From assembly GCA_951406725.2 (NCBI GenBank), contig OX597833.1, positions 33,914,001 through 33,978,000 of the forward strand: 64,000 nucleotides of DNA. Direction: 5' to 3'. A program made the position numbers and the translations under genes. The stretch is from Octopus vulgaris. Its lineage: Eukaryota. How positions within the stretch are numbered: position 1 is the stretch's first letter; every line of letters begins with the position of its first letter. The notes beneath the pieces were generated by a model that saw nothing but the letters and a program-made list of their open reading frames with translations, was not told the DNA's origin and did not search any database. This document shows, piece after piece, positions 12,871 to 27,600 of this stretch.

Positions 12871-13767
12871 AAAAAATATATATATATATTCTCTTAATTC
12901 TCATAGCGATTTCAACCATCCGGTTGTGACTATGTTATGAAACGCCATGGGTTTAATCCAGTTCTACGTTAAATATTTCGATAAATAAGGGTGTTCCAAA
13001 TGCTTTGCTTGCTTCCTCATGAAACAAAACAAGATACTGCAACTGTCTGGATTTCAAGTGGACATTGCTCTTCAATGTGCTCCCTCCTACTTTTCGGTTT
13101 TAGAGTAGTCACGAATTTTGTAGCATATTGTTCTGTGATCAACTCTGTGGAAATGCTTTGCAAAGTCCAAGTTTTTTTTTTATTATTATTATCATTGTAG
13201 TTTAGCTGCTGCAGCATTTATATGAGGCAGCTCCTACCAGGGTGAATAACATAATGAGTATCAGCTACTCCTTTTCCTCTGAAAAAATATTCATGACATT
13301 TCTGATACGCAAACACGGAGATACAGTAATTTTTTGCGTCTCCTCAACATTTTCCCCTATAGGATTTATATTATGCCCTCATTTCAAATAAATTTGCAAA
13401 CGTAACCTTATATCTGTTATATATTTATGATTGCTTGTGCGCGAGTGTTGTATGTGCGTGACTCGGATTGATTGAATAACAATTGACATCACAAAAAATA
13501 ACAAACAAACAATAACAGATAAATAGGTATTTATTATCTTTTACTTGTTTCAGTCATTAGACAGCGGCCATGCTGAGGCACCGCCTTGAAGATTTTTAGT
13601 CGACCGAATCGCCCTAGTACTTAATTTTTAAGCCTAGTACTTATTCTCTCGGTCTCTTTTGCTAAGTGAAGGGAACGTAAATACTAACACAGGTTGTTAA
13701 GCGGTGATGGGAGACAAACACAGACATAGACGCACACATGCACGCACACGCATATACACGCGCGCGC

Positions 13768-13819
<52 letters not shown>

Positions 13820-13820
13820 T

Positions 13821-15254
<1,434 letters not shown>

Positions 15255-15537
15255 CACACACACGCACACACACATAGAAAGATAAATCGATAGATACAAC
15301 TGAGTGGGCAAACAAAAATATGAGACACAGCCTAGTGCTTTTTTTATGTTGATAAGCCTGGTACTTATTCTATTAGTTTGTTCTTGTGAAGCCAGTAAGT
15401 TATGTGGATGTAAATAAATGAACAGCAATTGTGAAGCAGTGATGAGGGAGAAACACAAAGACACATACATAGACTTACATATATACATACCTATATATAC
15501 GATTGATTTGTTTCAGTTCCTGTCTACGAAATCCATA

Positions 15538-17129
15538 TATATTGTTGTTGGCATCCTTTTTGTCTCGGGAGACAATGGAGTTGCGCATAAAATAATCTAG
15601 TCCGGCTTTTACATTTCATGTCCTAATACATCTCCAGCTGTGGCTGTGTAGTGCTATCCTGGACAAACACTACCTCTGGCAGGTGCCGCAAATGTAGCGA
15701 AGACTTTGCCTGGCTGGTTTTAATGTCATAGTTTCTTGTTGACGTCTTTTCATGTCTTTCCATTTTCCTCTCTCTCTATGTCACTCCTTTGTATTTTACA
15801 GTACGTCACCAATCTCCACGGTTGCTGGCAACTACTTCCCAGTTGGTAATATTGATGTTGCAGGCATTCATGTCCCTTTTGCAAACATCCTTGTATCGTA
15901 AGAACGGTCTTCCCACAGACCTAGAGCCCCTAGCAAGTTCTCCGTTGAGTATGTCCTTGGGGATTCTGCCATCTTCCATACGGCTAACATGTCCAAGCCA
16001 TCTCATACGTCTTTGTGTGAGGAGTGCAAACATGCTTGGTATTCCTGCTTGCTTGAGGACATCTTTGTTGGGGACATGATTCTGCCATTTGATACGAAGG
16101 ATTTTCCGGAGGCAGCGCAGGTGAAAGATATTTAGGCTACGCTCTTGGCGTGTGTATGGCGTCCAATTCTCACTTCCATACAGTAGAGTGCTAAGTACAC
16201 ATGCCTGGTAAATTATTTTTGTGGTCTTGGTCAGCTTATTGTTGTCCCATGCCATGCCCGTTTGGAGAGTTGGGCCATCACAGCAGCTGCCTTGCCAATG
16301 CGTATATTGAGCTCAACATCAAGGGATAGGTTGTAGGTGACGGTAGAGCCAATATAAGTAAACTTCTCCACCTCCTGTAGTCTGTGGTCTCCAATATGTA
16401 TGTTTGGGATGTCTGATGTAGCCTTGATGTTGGTCTTCTCGAGGCTGATAACTAAGCCAAAGTTGCTACATACTTGCTCAAAGCAGTTGTGTATGATACC
16501 AGAGCGGCATCATCAGCAAATAGCATCTCCTTGATCAGGACGCTTCTGATTTTGGTCTTGGCACGCAGACGCGAGAGATTGAACAGTTTCCCATCACTTC
16601 TACTGTGCAGAAACACTCCATCATCTGATGTCTCAAAGGCATGTGACAGCAGCAGCGAGAAGACGATGCCAAATAATGTAGGAGTAAAGACACAACTTTG
16701 CTTTACCCCATTTTTTATTTGGAAGGCAGCTGATGTTGAACCATTGTGCCGTATGTTGCCTTGTATATCATCATGGAAAGAGTTGATGATCCTCAGCAGC
16801 TTTGGTGGACATCCTATTTTTTGGAGCAGGATGAAGAGGGCTTTTCTACTTACCAAAGTCAAAGGCCTTTGTCAGATCAATTAGTGAATGATCTGTGTCA
16901 CAATCCGCGCTGTAGTAACTACGGGTCAGTTGAACAGAATTCAGAAAGGATCTTCGTGTAATGATGAGATCCAGCTGATGCCAGTGGTGATATATTGAAT
17001 GTCTCCAAGATGCCTTGTGGGATGTCTTGTTAGCAAATAATGTGTTAGTGATACACAGGTTATGGTATGTGCAAAATTCAAGTAGTCTCTGACCATTGTC
17101 ATTCATGTTGCCAATACCAAAACACATTC
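15538..17129 (-). mobile_element. RTE-clade LINE remnant with internal deletions, inserted in a SINE
   Basis: Minus-strand peptides MNDNGQRLLEFC (APE), GVKQSCV, LFADDAAL, LLYGSENW, RWLGHVSRMEDGRIPKDIL; (CAA)n-like tail; 65-bp flanking duplication. Confidence 0.9.
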
Positions 17130-17262
17130 ACTTACATATATACATACATATATATACGATTGATTTGTTTCAGTTCCTATCTACGAAATCCATAAGATAG
17201 ACCGTTAGCTCCTACACGCATTTTTTCCTTCCTTGTTTCTCTCCTTGTTTCTTTTCTGTGTA

Positions 17263-17300
17263 TCTTTCTGTCGAAGAGCGTAGGCTCGAAACGTAAAAGA
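17263..17300 (+). ncRNA. Atypical hammerhead-like motif (core CTGTNGA, family C)
   Basis: TCTTT-CTGTCGA-a-GAGC(gtag)GCTC-GAAA-CG-TA-AAAGA. Related copies at 57850-57887 and ~35834-35871, each in a short repeat ending at (TA)n. Confidence 0.5.
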
Positions 17301-17396
17301 CTTGTTCTATTTCTATTCCTGAGCGCCATACTAATACATTTGTTTGTTTGGAATCCACCTGCCTTCGTCTTTTGTTTATTTTCGTAAACCTTCCCG

Positions 17397-17448
<52 letters not shown>

Positions 17449-17585
17449 CGGAGATGTACTTGCATAGCGAGTGACTTGATCTGAGATCGTGTGCTGGAAC
17501 GAAAACAATTGCAGCGTGGAAGGTGTTTATAAGCCATTTAAGAAACACACAAAACCGTTAGATTCACTTCAACATTTAAATTTAA

Positions 17586-17636
17586 TTTGTCAAAATATTT
17601 TCGTCGCTTTGAGACCGCGACCTGTTCACTGACAAA
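17586..17636 (-). ncRNA. Type I hammerhead motif with G3-C8 swapped core
   Basis: Minus strand reads TTTGTCA-GTGAACA-g-GTCGC(ggtctcaaa)GCGAC-GAAA-ATAT-TT-TGACAAA. Confidence 0.65.
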
Positions 17637-18319
17637 GCTTCATGCTACATCTGAGAAAGTAACAGTTAGTTCATGATATATATGTACGTATGTATGTGTG
17701 TGTATGTATGTATGTATGTATGTATGTATGTATGTATGTATGTATGTATGTGCGTGCGTATGTATGTATGTATGTATGTATGTATGTATGTATGTATGTA
17801 TGTATGTATGTATGTATGTATGTATGTATGTATGTATGTATGTATGTATGTATGTATGTATGTATGTACGCATGTGAACGTATGTTTATGTAATGATATG
17901 TGTCAGTTCAAGTTGTATACATGACTGTTACATGACTATATATATATATAAGAACAAACTTACTTAGAAATGGATGCGTGCGTTCCGTCATATAATAACA
18001 AATTAATAAATAAAACATGCGTATATACATACATATATACAGGACACCAAAAAAACGTCGAACACAATGAGAAACGAAAACATAAACACAAAACCAAGGA
18101 AATGGACATTTTTCTTAAACAACGAAAAAATAGAGTACAGGACATACAACACAAGGAAAATTCCCCTTCTTCAGTTGCTTCTGTTTCATCCACTTTATAT
18201 TTATATTTATATTTATATGTGTGTGTGTATACACATACACACACACACACAAAGATAAATTGATAGATACAACTAAGTGGGATAACAAAAATATGAGACA
18301 CTGCCTAGTGCTTTTTTTT

Positions 18320-18625
18320 TATTTTGATAAGCCTGGTACTTATTCTATCAGTTTCTTCTTGTGAAACCAGTAAATAAATGATGTAAATAAATGAACACCA
18401 GTGGTGAAGCAGTGATGAGGGAGAAACACAAAGACACACACATAGACTTACATATATACATACATACAATGGATTTCTTTCAGTTTCTGTCTGCAAAATC
18501 GACTGACAAGGCTTTGGTTGGTCTGAGGCTATAGCAGAAGGCACATACCAAGTTACCACACAGTGGGACTGAACTGAAGACCTTGTCTTTTGGAACCATG
18601 TTTGTTACCACACAGTCACACCTGC
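18320..18625 (-). mobile_element. SINE family 1, diverged
   Basis: GGTACTTATTCTATC...GGGACTGAAC...TTACCACACAGTCAC. Confidence 0.7.
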
Positions 18626-18844
18626 ACCTATGTATGTATGTGTGTGTGTGGGTGTGTGTGTATGTGTGTATGGGTGTATATATGTATGCATGTATATATG
18701 TGTGTATATATATGTGTACGTATTACATGTACATCTATCTATATATATATACATCTAGACATACATGTATACACATACATGTATATGTATAGAAATACAT
18801 CTTTACATATACAGCTATACATATACATGTATACATATACAGCT

Positions 18845-18876
<32 letters not shown>

Positions 18877-18911
18877 ATATATACAACCATATGTATACAA
18901 GTATATATATA

Positions 18912-18997
<86 letters not shown>

Positions 18998-19229
18998 CAT
19001 ATAAATCCATATACATACAATAGAGAAATGTTTTTGTTTCACTTTTAACACGTAATATTGAAATAGTGGAGAAGGTATGATATTGCTGTGGGCTCGCCCT
19101 AGGCAAGAAGTTAAATATTTGTTTTGCCCATGACACTACATGGACTCTAAATAAGGCATGTGTAAAATTTGAATAAAATTGGTTGTGTAGTTCTCAAGTT
19201 TTGGGGATTCACAGACAGACAGACAGACA

Positions 19230-19284
<55 letters not shown>

Positions 19285-19846
19285 TCTCAGTTTTTTATAT
19301 ATAGATGACAGGCCTCATTATTTTCGTCAACCAAATCCACTTACAAGGCTTTGGTCGGCCCGAGGCTATAGTAGAAGTCCCTTGCCCAAGGTGCCACGCA
19401 ATGGGACTGAAACAGGAACCATGTGGTTGGGAAACAAACGTCTCACCACACAGCCACGCCTGTAAGTAAAACATTTAAATTTTGTAGATGAGTTTTCAAA
19501 TCACGGTGACGGCCAAATGTTTAAGACATAAGATTAGTTCTCATTACAGACTCAAAGCAGATCTTAAAGAGTGAGCATTGATGAGGACGCAAATAGCAAC
19601 GAAACTACTCTGACAGAGAAAAGTAGCAACAGACTGATTGTTCAATGAACACATTAAACTAACCATTCTATTGTTATTTGGTAAAATAAAAAGTACGTGT
19701 GATTATTTTAACTGCTATAGGCATAATGACCCTCTCTAGAAACAACAGCATATTGTGTTCTCTTTTCCTTTTATTCAAACTTACAAATTTAGCCCAAACA
19801 CCTGGTAGATATACATGTATACATATATTCTGTTTGAATTCCATAG

Positions 19847-20091
19847 ATCTGTGCAAATGTACAGTGTCCGGTGATCCTCATTTCCACACATTTGATGGTC
19901 AAACCATTCATCTGATGAGTGATTGCAAACACATTCTTTCTGAATCACGGAACTTTAAAGATGGCTGCGATTTCCGAATTGAAATACAGAATGAAAAACG
20001 CGGTACAAATAAATTTGTTTCCTGGCCACGCTCATTAGATATACAAATTTATAATGTAACCGTACGCCTTAGTCGTCACAGCAAAATTTTC
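19847..20091 (+). CDS. Exon of a VWD-domain protein (IgGFc-binding/zonadhesin/mucin-like), N-terminal half of the domain
   Basis: Acceptor ttccatag|, donor |gtaagt. Encodes CKCTVSGDPHFHTFDG...CKHILS...FRIEIQNEKRG; ends in phase 0. Confidence 0.85.
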
Positions 20092-20390
20092 GTAAGTGCA
20101 ACGTTTTGTTTATATATGTGTGTGTGTGTTCGTGTGTAGTATGCATATGCGTGTATGTGTAGTGTTTGTACGTATATATATGAATGCATACAGACACACA
20201 AGCATGTATGTCTCTTAGTCATTTGATTGCAGCCCACTGAAGCACTGTCTTCAAATGTTTTAGTCGAACGAATCGGTCAGAGTACTTATTTTTTTAAGGC
20301 TCGTACTTATTCCATCGGTTTCTATTACTTCGATACGGGAATGTAAACAAGCCGTTCGTCAGACAGTTTTTGCTAGAATTCTATCAAAAA

Positions 20391-20428
20391 CTGTCCGACG
20401 AACGGCAACGTGAAACTCAGAGTAACAG
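20391..20428 (+). ncRNA. Minimal type I hammerhead motif in a small fold-back
   Basis: CTGT-CCGACGA-ACG(gcaa)CGT-GAAA-CTCAGAG-TA-ACAG. The inverted partial arm at 20351-20370 carries canonical CTGACGA. Confidence 0.7.
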
Positions 20429-20476
20429 GTTTTGTTGAGAATTTTCTGCTGCTTTAAATAAAGTATTATAAATAAA

Positions 20477-20528
<52 letters not shown>

Positions 20529-20809
20529 GGGAGACGCCGGTTTATGGGGTTACCTTGGATTTGTCGCTTATAAGGGGTTTAGTCTTACAGCGTATCTTCA
20601 GATCCCAAACACTGCTGGCCTAAGATCTCTTCAAAAAATGGAGGGGGAAATCCCTTGCTATAAAGGTAAACACTAGGTGATTATCTTCCTTTGCCATTGG
20701 CTATCAAGCTTCGGCCGCGCCGCCATCTTGCGGTCACCAAAGAACCACGAAGGTAAACGATTGTCTCCTTTCGCCTTTGGCTATTGGCTTCCGGCTGTAG
20801 CGTCGCCTT

Positions 20810-21090
20810 GCAGATTCTAAAAAGCCAGAAGGAATCTTCTAAGAAGGAAGCATAGTCTGAAAATCTCCGTCCTGGAACTCAGGATGATCCCTGGCATGAG
20901 CGAGTCTTTTAGAATTCTCGTGCGTTCAGCAATGAATAACATTTCGTCCCGTTAATGTAGGGGCCTGAGTATTTTCCATGCGATCGAGTATGGTATTCTT
21001 TCGTCTCTTAGTTGCCAGATATGGCTGGCCTTTCCGGCACTTTTGTCCTCCTTTAGAGTCCTTTAGAGTAACTTTCCCAATGTGCCATCA
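20810..21090 (-). pseudogene. PLE GIY-YIG C-terminal fragment
   Basis: Minus-strand ASHIWQLRDERIPYSIAWKIL.PY.NGTKC, similar to the 55986-56225 peptide. Confidence 0.6.
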
Positions 21091-22169
21091 TGTGTTTGAG
21101 AAGCAAGCTTCTTACAACACAGCCATACCTGCACATATACATATACATAATTTTTCGGCATATCGAATCTGTTTTTAGGCATCTAATTGTAGCACCATTT
21201 TCTTTCCACCAGATACACTGTATGTGGTCAATACAGATGAAAGAAAGGAGATTGTGTCACATTCATACCTTTCTAAAAAGTTTTAGGTACGAAAACATCG
21301 CAAAGCGTTTTAAACCGTGCTTTAAATGTCATTATTGATTCGAATTGTCAGGATTTCTCTTTTTAAGCCTGTGCCAAGTGAATTAAAATAATGCTATCGT
21401 ACACAGATATCAAACCTTTAAATTCATATACATTAATCACTGAGAATAGATTAACTCTGTGCTCTTCTCAAGTATAATAATTTCGAGAAATATATTTTGT
21501 ATCACTAACAATAATTTTAACTTTTAACATTCACTTTAATTTTGCTCAGTATGATTTGCACTTGTTAATACTTTAATCTATAATACCATAATTCTACTTT
21601 ATAACACCCGTCATAATTTTACTTTTTATTGTTCGTCATAACTATAGTATTTACGTTAATTCTTCTGTGTGTATTCACGGTGATACTACTCAATAGCACT
21701 CACTACCCAGATCTACACAACTTGAAGGCAGAAATCTTTCTGTTGAAGAGACAAGTGTTTCTGAAGCACTTTTTCGAGTTGAATCGAGATATGCTTTTCG
21801 TTTTCACCATTCACGTCAGGATCTTTGTTTACACACTACTTTGAATTTTCACAAAATATTTTGCTTTCATTGATTTTATACCCTGGTCTGACTGTGGAGC
21901 AGTGGGCCAAAGTGTGAGAAGTGCTTTATTATCAACCTTCTCTTGCCTAAAGTATAGTTTAAATTGGGAATATAGTTGATATTATGCATTGATACTTTAA
22001 TTATAGTAAAGATTTCCACCAGGAAAGTGGATGTATTTTGCCTACGATAGAAAAATTGTGGAAGGAGGCCTAGAATCGTTCTATTCTAATGATCCAGAAT
22101 CTTAAACATAAGACAACCTGAAAATTATATGCATATTTAAAAAAAAATTCTTCATAACAACAAAGCAGC

Positions 22170-22410
22170 CAATCACAAGGAATTTGATGAAAAATACTTT
22201 GGTCATTTCATTTGCTAGAATACAAAGTGAGCATGAAAATACATTTTTTGTTCAGTCACTTGGATCAATTTCCACAGAACTTGGGAGACATCGTTGATGA
22301 ATAGGGAGAAAGATTCCACCAAGATATGAAGGTAATAAAGGAAAGTTATCAAGAGGAGTATGATGTAAATATGATGGCTGATTACTGTTAGAGTATAAAA
22401 AGGAGTGGTC
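22170..22410 (+). pseudogene. Chapaev/CMC-like DNA transposase C-terminal fragment
   Basis: Translates SMKIHFLFSHLDQFPQNLGDIVDE*GERFHQDMK...MMADYC. Confidence 0.6.
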
Positions 22411-22530
22411 AATGCTAAAACATTTAAGGATATCTTAGAACAGAGATGTCTTCCTTCATAATAGCATTTGATCTTTTTAGGGATATCATGTAGGTGGTTT
22501 TCCTGATTTTATATAAATATATATATTTGA

Positions 22531-22564
<34 letters not shown>

Positions 22565-23771
22565 CCAAAGCTGCAGAAACGAATGAATTAAAAGGTAACA
22601 TAATCCAAGGGTAGAGTAAGAAATCCATGAATCTGGTACTCCAAAACTGCTCGACACTCGTGTAAATTTCTTTTTGAAAATACTACATTTCAAATAATTC
22701 TCTACATTCCCGTTGTTTTTATTTATCTTTATTTTACTTTACTTATTATCAAGGAAGCAGGTAGCCGATGAGATATAATACTGAGAGGCTTTCTGTTCGC
22801 ATATTTTTGACAGTAGCAATTATTTGAACATAAAGTGTTTCCATATGCACGCATGCATGCCTATACACATACATACGAACCACTTACATCCTACCAACAC
22901 ATTTCTAGCTAGCTATCTACTTATATGTTGTCACATGAGACAAAATATCATACGGCATTTAATTGCAACACTTTACATTCAGTGTCCAAATACTGTTGAG
23001 GTCAAGTTTTCCTTTCATATTTTCGAGGTCGATAAAATGAATTAAATTAAATTAATTATCGACTAAATCGTTAAAGCTTACATGTTTCAGTGGAATGTTC
23101 GCTTATTAATTCAATGAGTAGATGGTCCAGTTGATCAATTTGTCTCGAAATTGACAGAAGAGAGCATTACACGAGCATCATATTAAGGTCTCAAAAATAA
23201 AACCTGTGGGTTCCTGTTGAATTTCAAATCAAATGTTAATTGTAACTACGCAATCATGTCCTGTGGGGGAAGAAACTGATCCCCATGTATGTAACTTGCT
23301 CGATCACTGACGTGCCAAGGATAAACGTTCACACGAGCCCTTAGCTAACTCTATGTAACAAATCCAATATTGGACGGTGTGAGTCACCTCTTTGCATGCA
23401 ATTGATTCCGTCATATGTAACTAATTTATTGTGAAAAAAAAACAGAGAAGAATGGAGAGACTGGACCTTCTTCAGTAAGCGACTGATCCACTAATGCACA
23501 GCTGGTTTCACTCAGAGAAGAAGGAACGCAGAAAAGGAATGCGAAAAAAATGGAGGAGAGTGTGATGTGAATGTTATAATTTTAGGTAATAATACGTACC
23601 TCGTCAGTAACGCACACACACATACACACATACACACACAACTCGATGCGTCATGTGTGTATGTATGTATGTATGTATGTATGTATGTATGTATGTATGT
23701 ATGTATGTACGTATGTATGTATGTATGTATGTACGTACGTACGTATGTATGTATGTATGTATGTATGTATG

Positions 23772-23802
<31 letters not shown>

Positions 23803-23898
23803 GCATACATGTATGTGTATCGATTCAAGAAACATTAAATTTCCGAGACTTAAGTGGTAACAGCTAGTTTCAGGACCGTATCTCCTATACTCCTCCCC

Positions 23899-23952
<54 letters not shown>

Positions 23953-24099
23953 GCTCTTTCTTGCTTTCTTTCTTTCTCTCTCCTCATTGACGTGTAGAAA
24001 CTCGTGATCTCATTCAACTATTCTTTGGCCTGTATTGGAACGATACCCTAACGATATCCAGTCACGTAAATGGGCCCATGTTATAGAGGTTAAAGAAAA

Positions 24100-25010
24100 A
24101 TAATGCAGACATTCCGATCCTTCGACCAGAAAATTACTCTAGATATTACCCTCAGAGTAGTGAGTTTCCTGGTTGTCACCCTAGACTCCCGTACTGATTC
24201 TTTTTAACCATTTGGGAAACCCAATGAGAAACCCTCAATCATTAGCGTGAGATCCACTGGTGTTTACGAATTTCTTACTTGTCAGCCATTGAAGAGATCT
24301 TTGATAGGGAGGCTCCTTACTACAATGACAGCCTTCGAGGGTCATTTACAATGCCAGCCAGAAAGCCACTAAGATAACAACAAGTAGGAAGGTCATTTGA
24401 CTTGCTCCCTCTTTCTCACTCAATGATAGGCTTAACATAGGCAAGATAGCCAAAAACTTAATAGACAGACGCTTCTGACCTGCACAAAAATACTGGAAAT
24501 TATTCAATAAGCATACGGTTAAGATTATTTACAACAGCATCCACTACACCCCCTAACAGACAATATCAGATAAATCGAGCCTAACTACTGAGGTATCGTG
24601 CACATGCAAGAATACTACGGTATACTAGCTGTATGGATTGTGTAACCCTGAGATCATTATTTATGATGCAATGGTTAAAACTACGATTGTGAGTCAGACA
24701 CCAACCTAAACTGACATAGCGGATTGACCACGGGGCCCTTCACATGAACATTTCACAACCATACACATTCATTCAGAAACATCGTAAAACGGAATAGTAC
24801 AAAGCTCGCAAGAAATGATTGTCCGTTGAAAAAGAACGGCACAACGTGTGACATCGGCCGGATTACCGCTAAAAAAAACAGAGGCATGGTAGATGCTACT
24901 ACGTCATGCAAACACTGCTTTGCAAAAAAGAGTATATTTCTAAGCAACTTGCGAAGACTAGGATTGTACTTTAATACTAAAACCATGCATACACGAGAGA
25001 AAATTCATTC
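24100..25010 (+). pseudogene. Highly decayed PLE (RT C-terminus + GIY-YIG)
   Basis: Fragments IIYDAMVKT and GLTTGPF..TFHNHTHSFRNIVKRNSTKLA resemble the 55986-56225 endonuclease. Confidence 0.55.
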
Positions 25011-25178
25011 TTAGACAATGGTCATTCACCCTATAAGCCCATTCAATCAGGGAAAAGATTTATCTTTTCTATAAACTTTGCCTCGAAAATATTTTTTTTA
25101 AATTTCCCAAGTTTTTCCTCTACATATTTTCTCATAATCTTTCCGGAACTTTCGAAATTTTTCCGAAAACTTTCTCCT

Positions 25179-25280
<102 letters not shown>

Positions 25281-25284
25281 TCTC

Positions 25285-25329
<45 letters not shown>

Positions 25330-25396
25330 TATCTCTTTCTAGCCATCTATGTATCAAGTTAGTCAGCTAGCTATCTCTATTTCTCTTCCTATCTGC

Positions 25397-25454
<58 letters not shown>

Positions 25455-26003
25455 TCTCTTGCGCTCTATGCCTCCCTATTAATTCATGCAGTAAATGTAT
25501 GAGCGCACGAGAGAGCGTATAGAAATGAGGGCGTATGCACACAGACGTGTGCGTGTGTGTGTGTGTGTGTACAGAGGTGAGTGTGTGTTTGCGCGCGCGT
25601 GAGTGTATGTATATGTCTCTGTGTGTGTGTGCTTGCAAAAGCACGTGTGGGTGTACCACATATTTATACAAGGCAAATTCAAAGTGAACAGAGAGATGAC
25701 TAACTGCTTCACCGCGTCCATTAAGGGAAATTATCTTTCTTCAAGAGAAGAATAAACAAATGTCGTGTGAGAACTCCAGATGAGAAGGAAAGATAACTTC
25801 AAGTATCAGGAATTCTCCGAAGTTGACATGTAATTAAGGAAAAGACAGTTTCATTATCTAGAGACAAGAAGACGTTTGTTCGCATGATTTTCTGCCTCAT
25901 TAGACGTCTTCAGCAAACAGTCACCCTACCTTGAATCCAGCAGACAAGAGTAGAAAACATTCATATCCAAGATAATTTACATAATTTATGCATTGTGTGT
26001 GTG

Positions 26004-26045
<42 letters not shown>

Positions 26046-26089
26046 TTTTATTGTAACTGCGATGTTCTATTCTTGTATTGATATTGCAG

Positions 26090-26397
26090 ATCAACAATGA
26101 AGAGAAATTTCTACCTGCCACTATACTTGGTGGTAAGCTTCGTATATTCAAAAGTTCTAATTCAATGCAAATGACCACCGGTTGCGGCATCCAAGTGAGT
26201 TTCAATGGGGACGATTTAGCCGAGGTCCAAATTCCACAAAAGTATCAGGGACGCATGCGCGGTCTATGCGGCGATTGTAACGGCATCAAGGACGACCTTC
26301 GCACTAAAGACAGTCTTGACGTCTCACAAATGAAGGATAAGTTCTCAATAATTGGTCTAAGTTATTTGGTCATTGACACCTCAAGCAATGCAAATAG
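26090..26397 (+). CDS. Exon of the VWD-domain protein, C-terminal half of the domain
   Basis: Acceptor attgcag| in phase 0, matching the previous exon. Encodes INNEEKFLP...VSFNGDD.AEVQIPQKYQGRMRGLCGDCNG..DDLR; donor |gttagt. Confidence 0.85.
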
Positions 26398-26839
26398 GTT
26401 AGTTTTTGTTAAAGTTCATCTTTCTACAGTTGCAGTATCTTGTATTATTATTTCTTTTTATTCTTGTATCTTCGTTTAATATTTTGGGGGTTTTCTGCAG
26501 GCAAATGTTGAATAATTACATCGCTGAATTTGACAGCAAATGTTATATGTTGGTGTTATTGTTGTTGATGGTAGTGGCGGTGGCGGCGGTGGCGGTGGCG
26601 GCGGTGGCGGTGGCAGTGGTGGTCAACTCTGGTTGAGTTTTGCTTCTGGATAGTTCTTAACAGATGTTGTCTCCTCCACCATGTCGATAGCATCTTTCCT
26701 GACTGATGAACACCAGCCACGGCCTCGCATGGGGAGAAATCTGCCAGAAGAAATGGTTTTGTTGGAGTGGTGAAGATGCACCAGCTTCAGCTTCAAACAC
26801 TCATATACTCGACCTCACAAGAGAGAGAGGGTGACGATG

Positions 26840-27600
26840 ACGATGATGTGTTTGGATGCGCTTCCAATTTGTGATAAAAATTTGTGTTCATGGGAAAAGC
26901 GACTTAGATTATTAATATCACCAAATTCAACTCAACAACACAGAAAAAACCGTTGAAAGTACCAACTAGAGATTTCGTTACCTTCGTGCGTTCAGGTCAG
27001 CGGATCCGTTTCAAGAAGAACAAGAAACTTCCTGTGAGAGATGAAAAGTGGAACGGCTATTGGGAGGTGACTGCAGATTTACCTGGGTGCCAGGGATTCT
27101 TTCCCATCCCAGTTACAAAAAACCGGACATTTTGATGTGGTGTGAAAGAAGGAAAGTTGTAAATCTAGTCGAGTTAATGGTTCCTCATGAAGATAATATG
27201 GAAGCCGCTCGGGCTCGAAAGCTTGACCGTTATGTAAACCTCCTCGAGCAATGTGAAGACGTAGGCTGGAAAGCAGAGCATTTTCCAATCGAAGCTGGAT
27301 GTAGAGGGTTTGTTGGACACAGTGTGAGATGACTGTTGTTATCGCTAGGCCTAACTTATCGTAAAGTCAATACCATCATGACTGATATCCAAACTACAGT
27401 GGAGAAAGCTAGCCATTGGATTTGGTTAAAAAGAGAAGGTGAGCGATAGCTAGAAGAATATTGAGCTTTATTTGATAACCAGTTGATCTAGCAAGCGGGG
27501 CCTCATATCAATGAGAGGGAGCCAGTGCGCATTGATGCCGTCGAGAGGTAGGCCCTGAAACGGCGCGCATTCTCTCCTGATGATTCCATATACTTGCTGG
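26840..27600 (+). mobile_element. RLE-type (Hero/NeSL/R4-like) LINE 3' fragment
   Basis: KKPDILMWCERRKVVNLVELMVPHEDN..ARARKLDRY...FPIEAGCRGF, a restriction-like endonuclease signature. Confidence 0.75.

Noticed and set aside
20570-20610. Possible HHR downstream of the PLE fragment (minus strand CTGAAGA...CTGTAAGAC)
   Set aside because: Helix II and GAAA are missing; at most a deleted remnant.
23091-23210. Possible extra exon after tttcag within the VWD intron
   Set aside because: It has an in-frame stop, and the two VWD exons already join in phase without it.
27525-27585. GAAAC and CTGATGA near the RLE LINE 3' end as a hammerhead
   Set aside because: Order and pairing do not give a consistent fold; more likely ordinary 3' UTR sequence.
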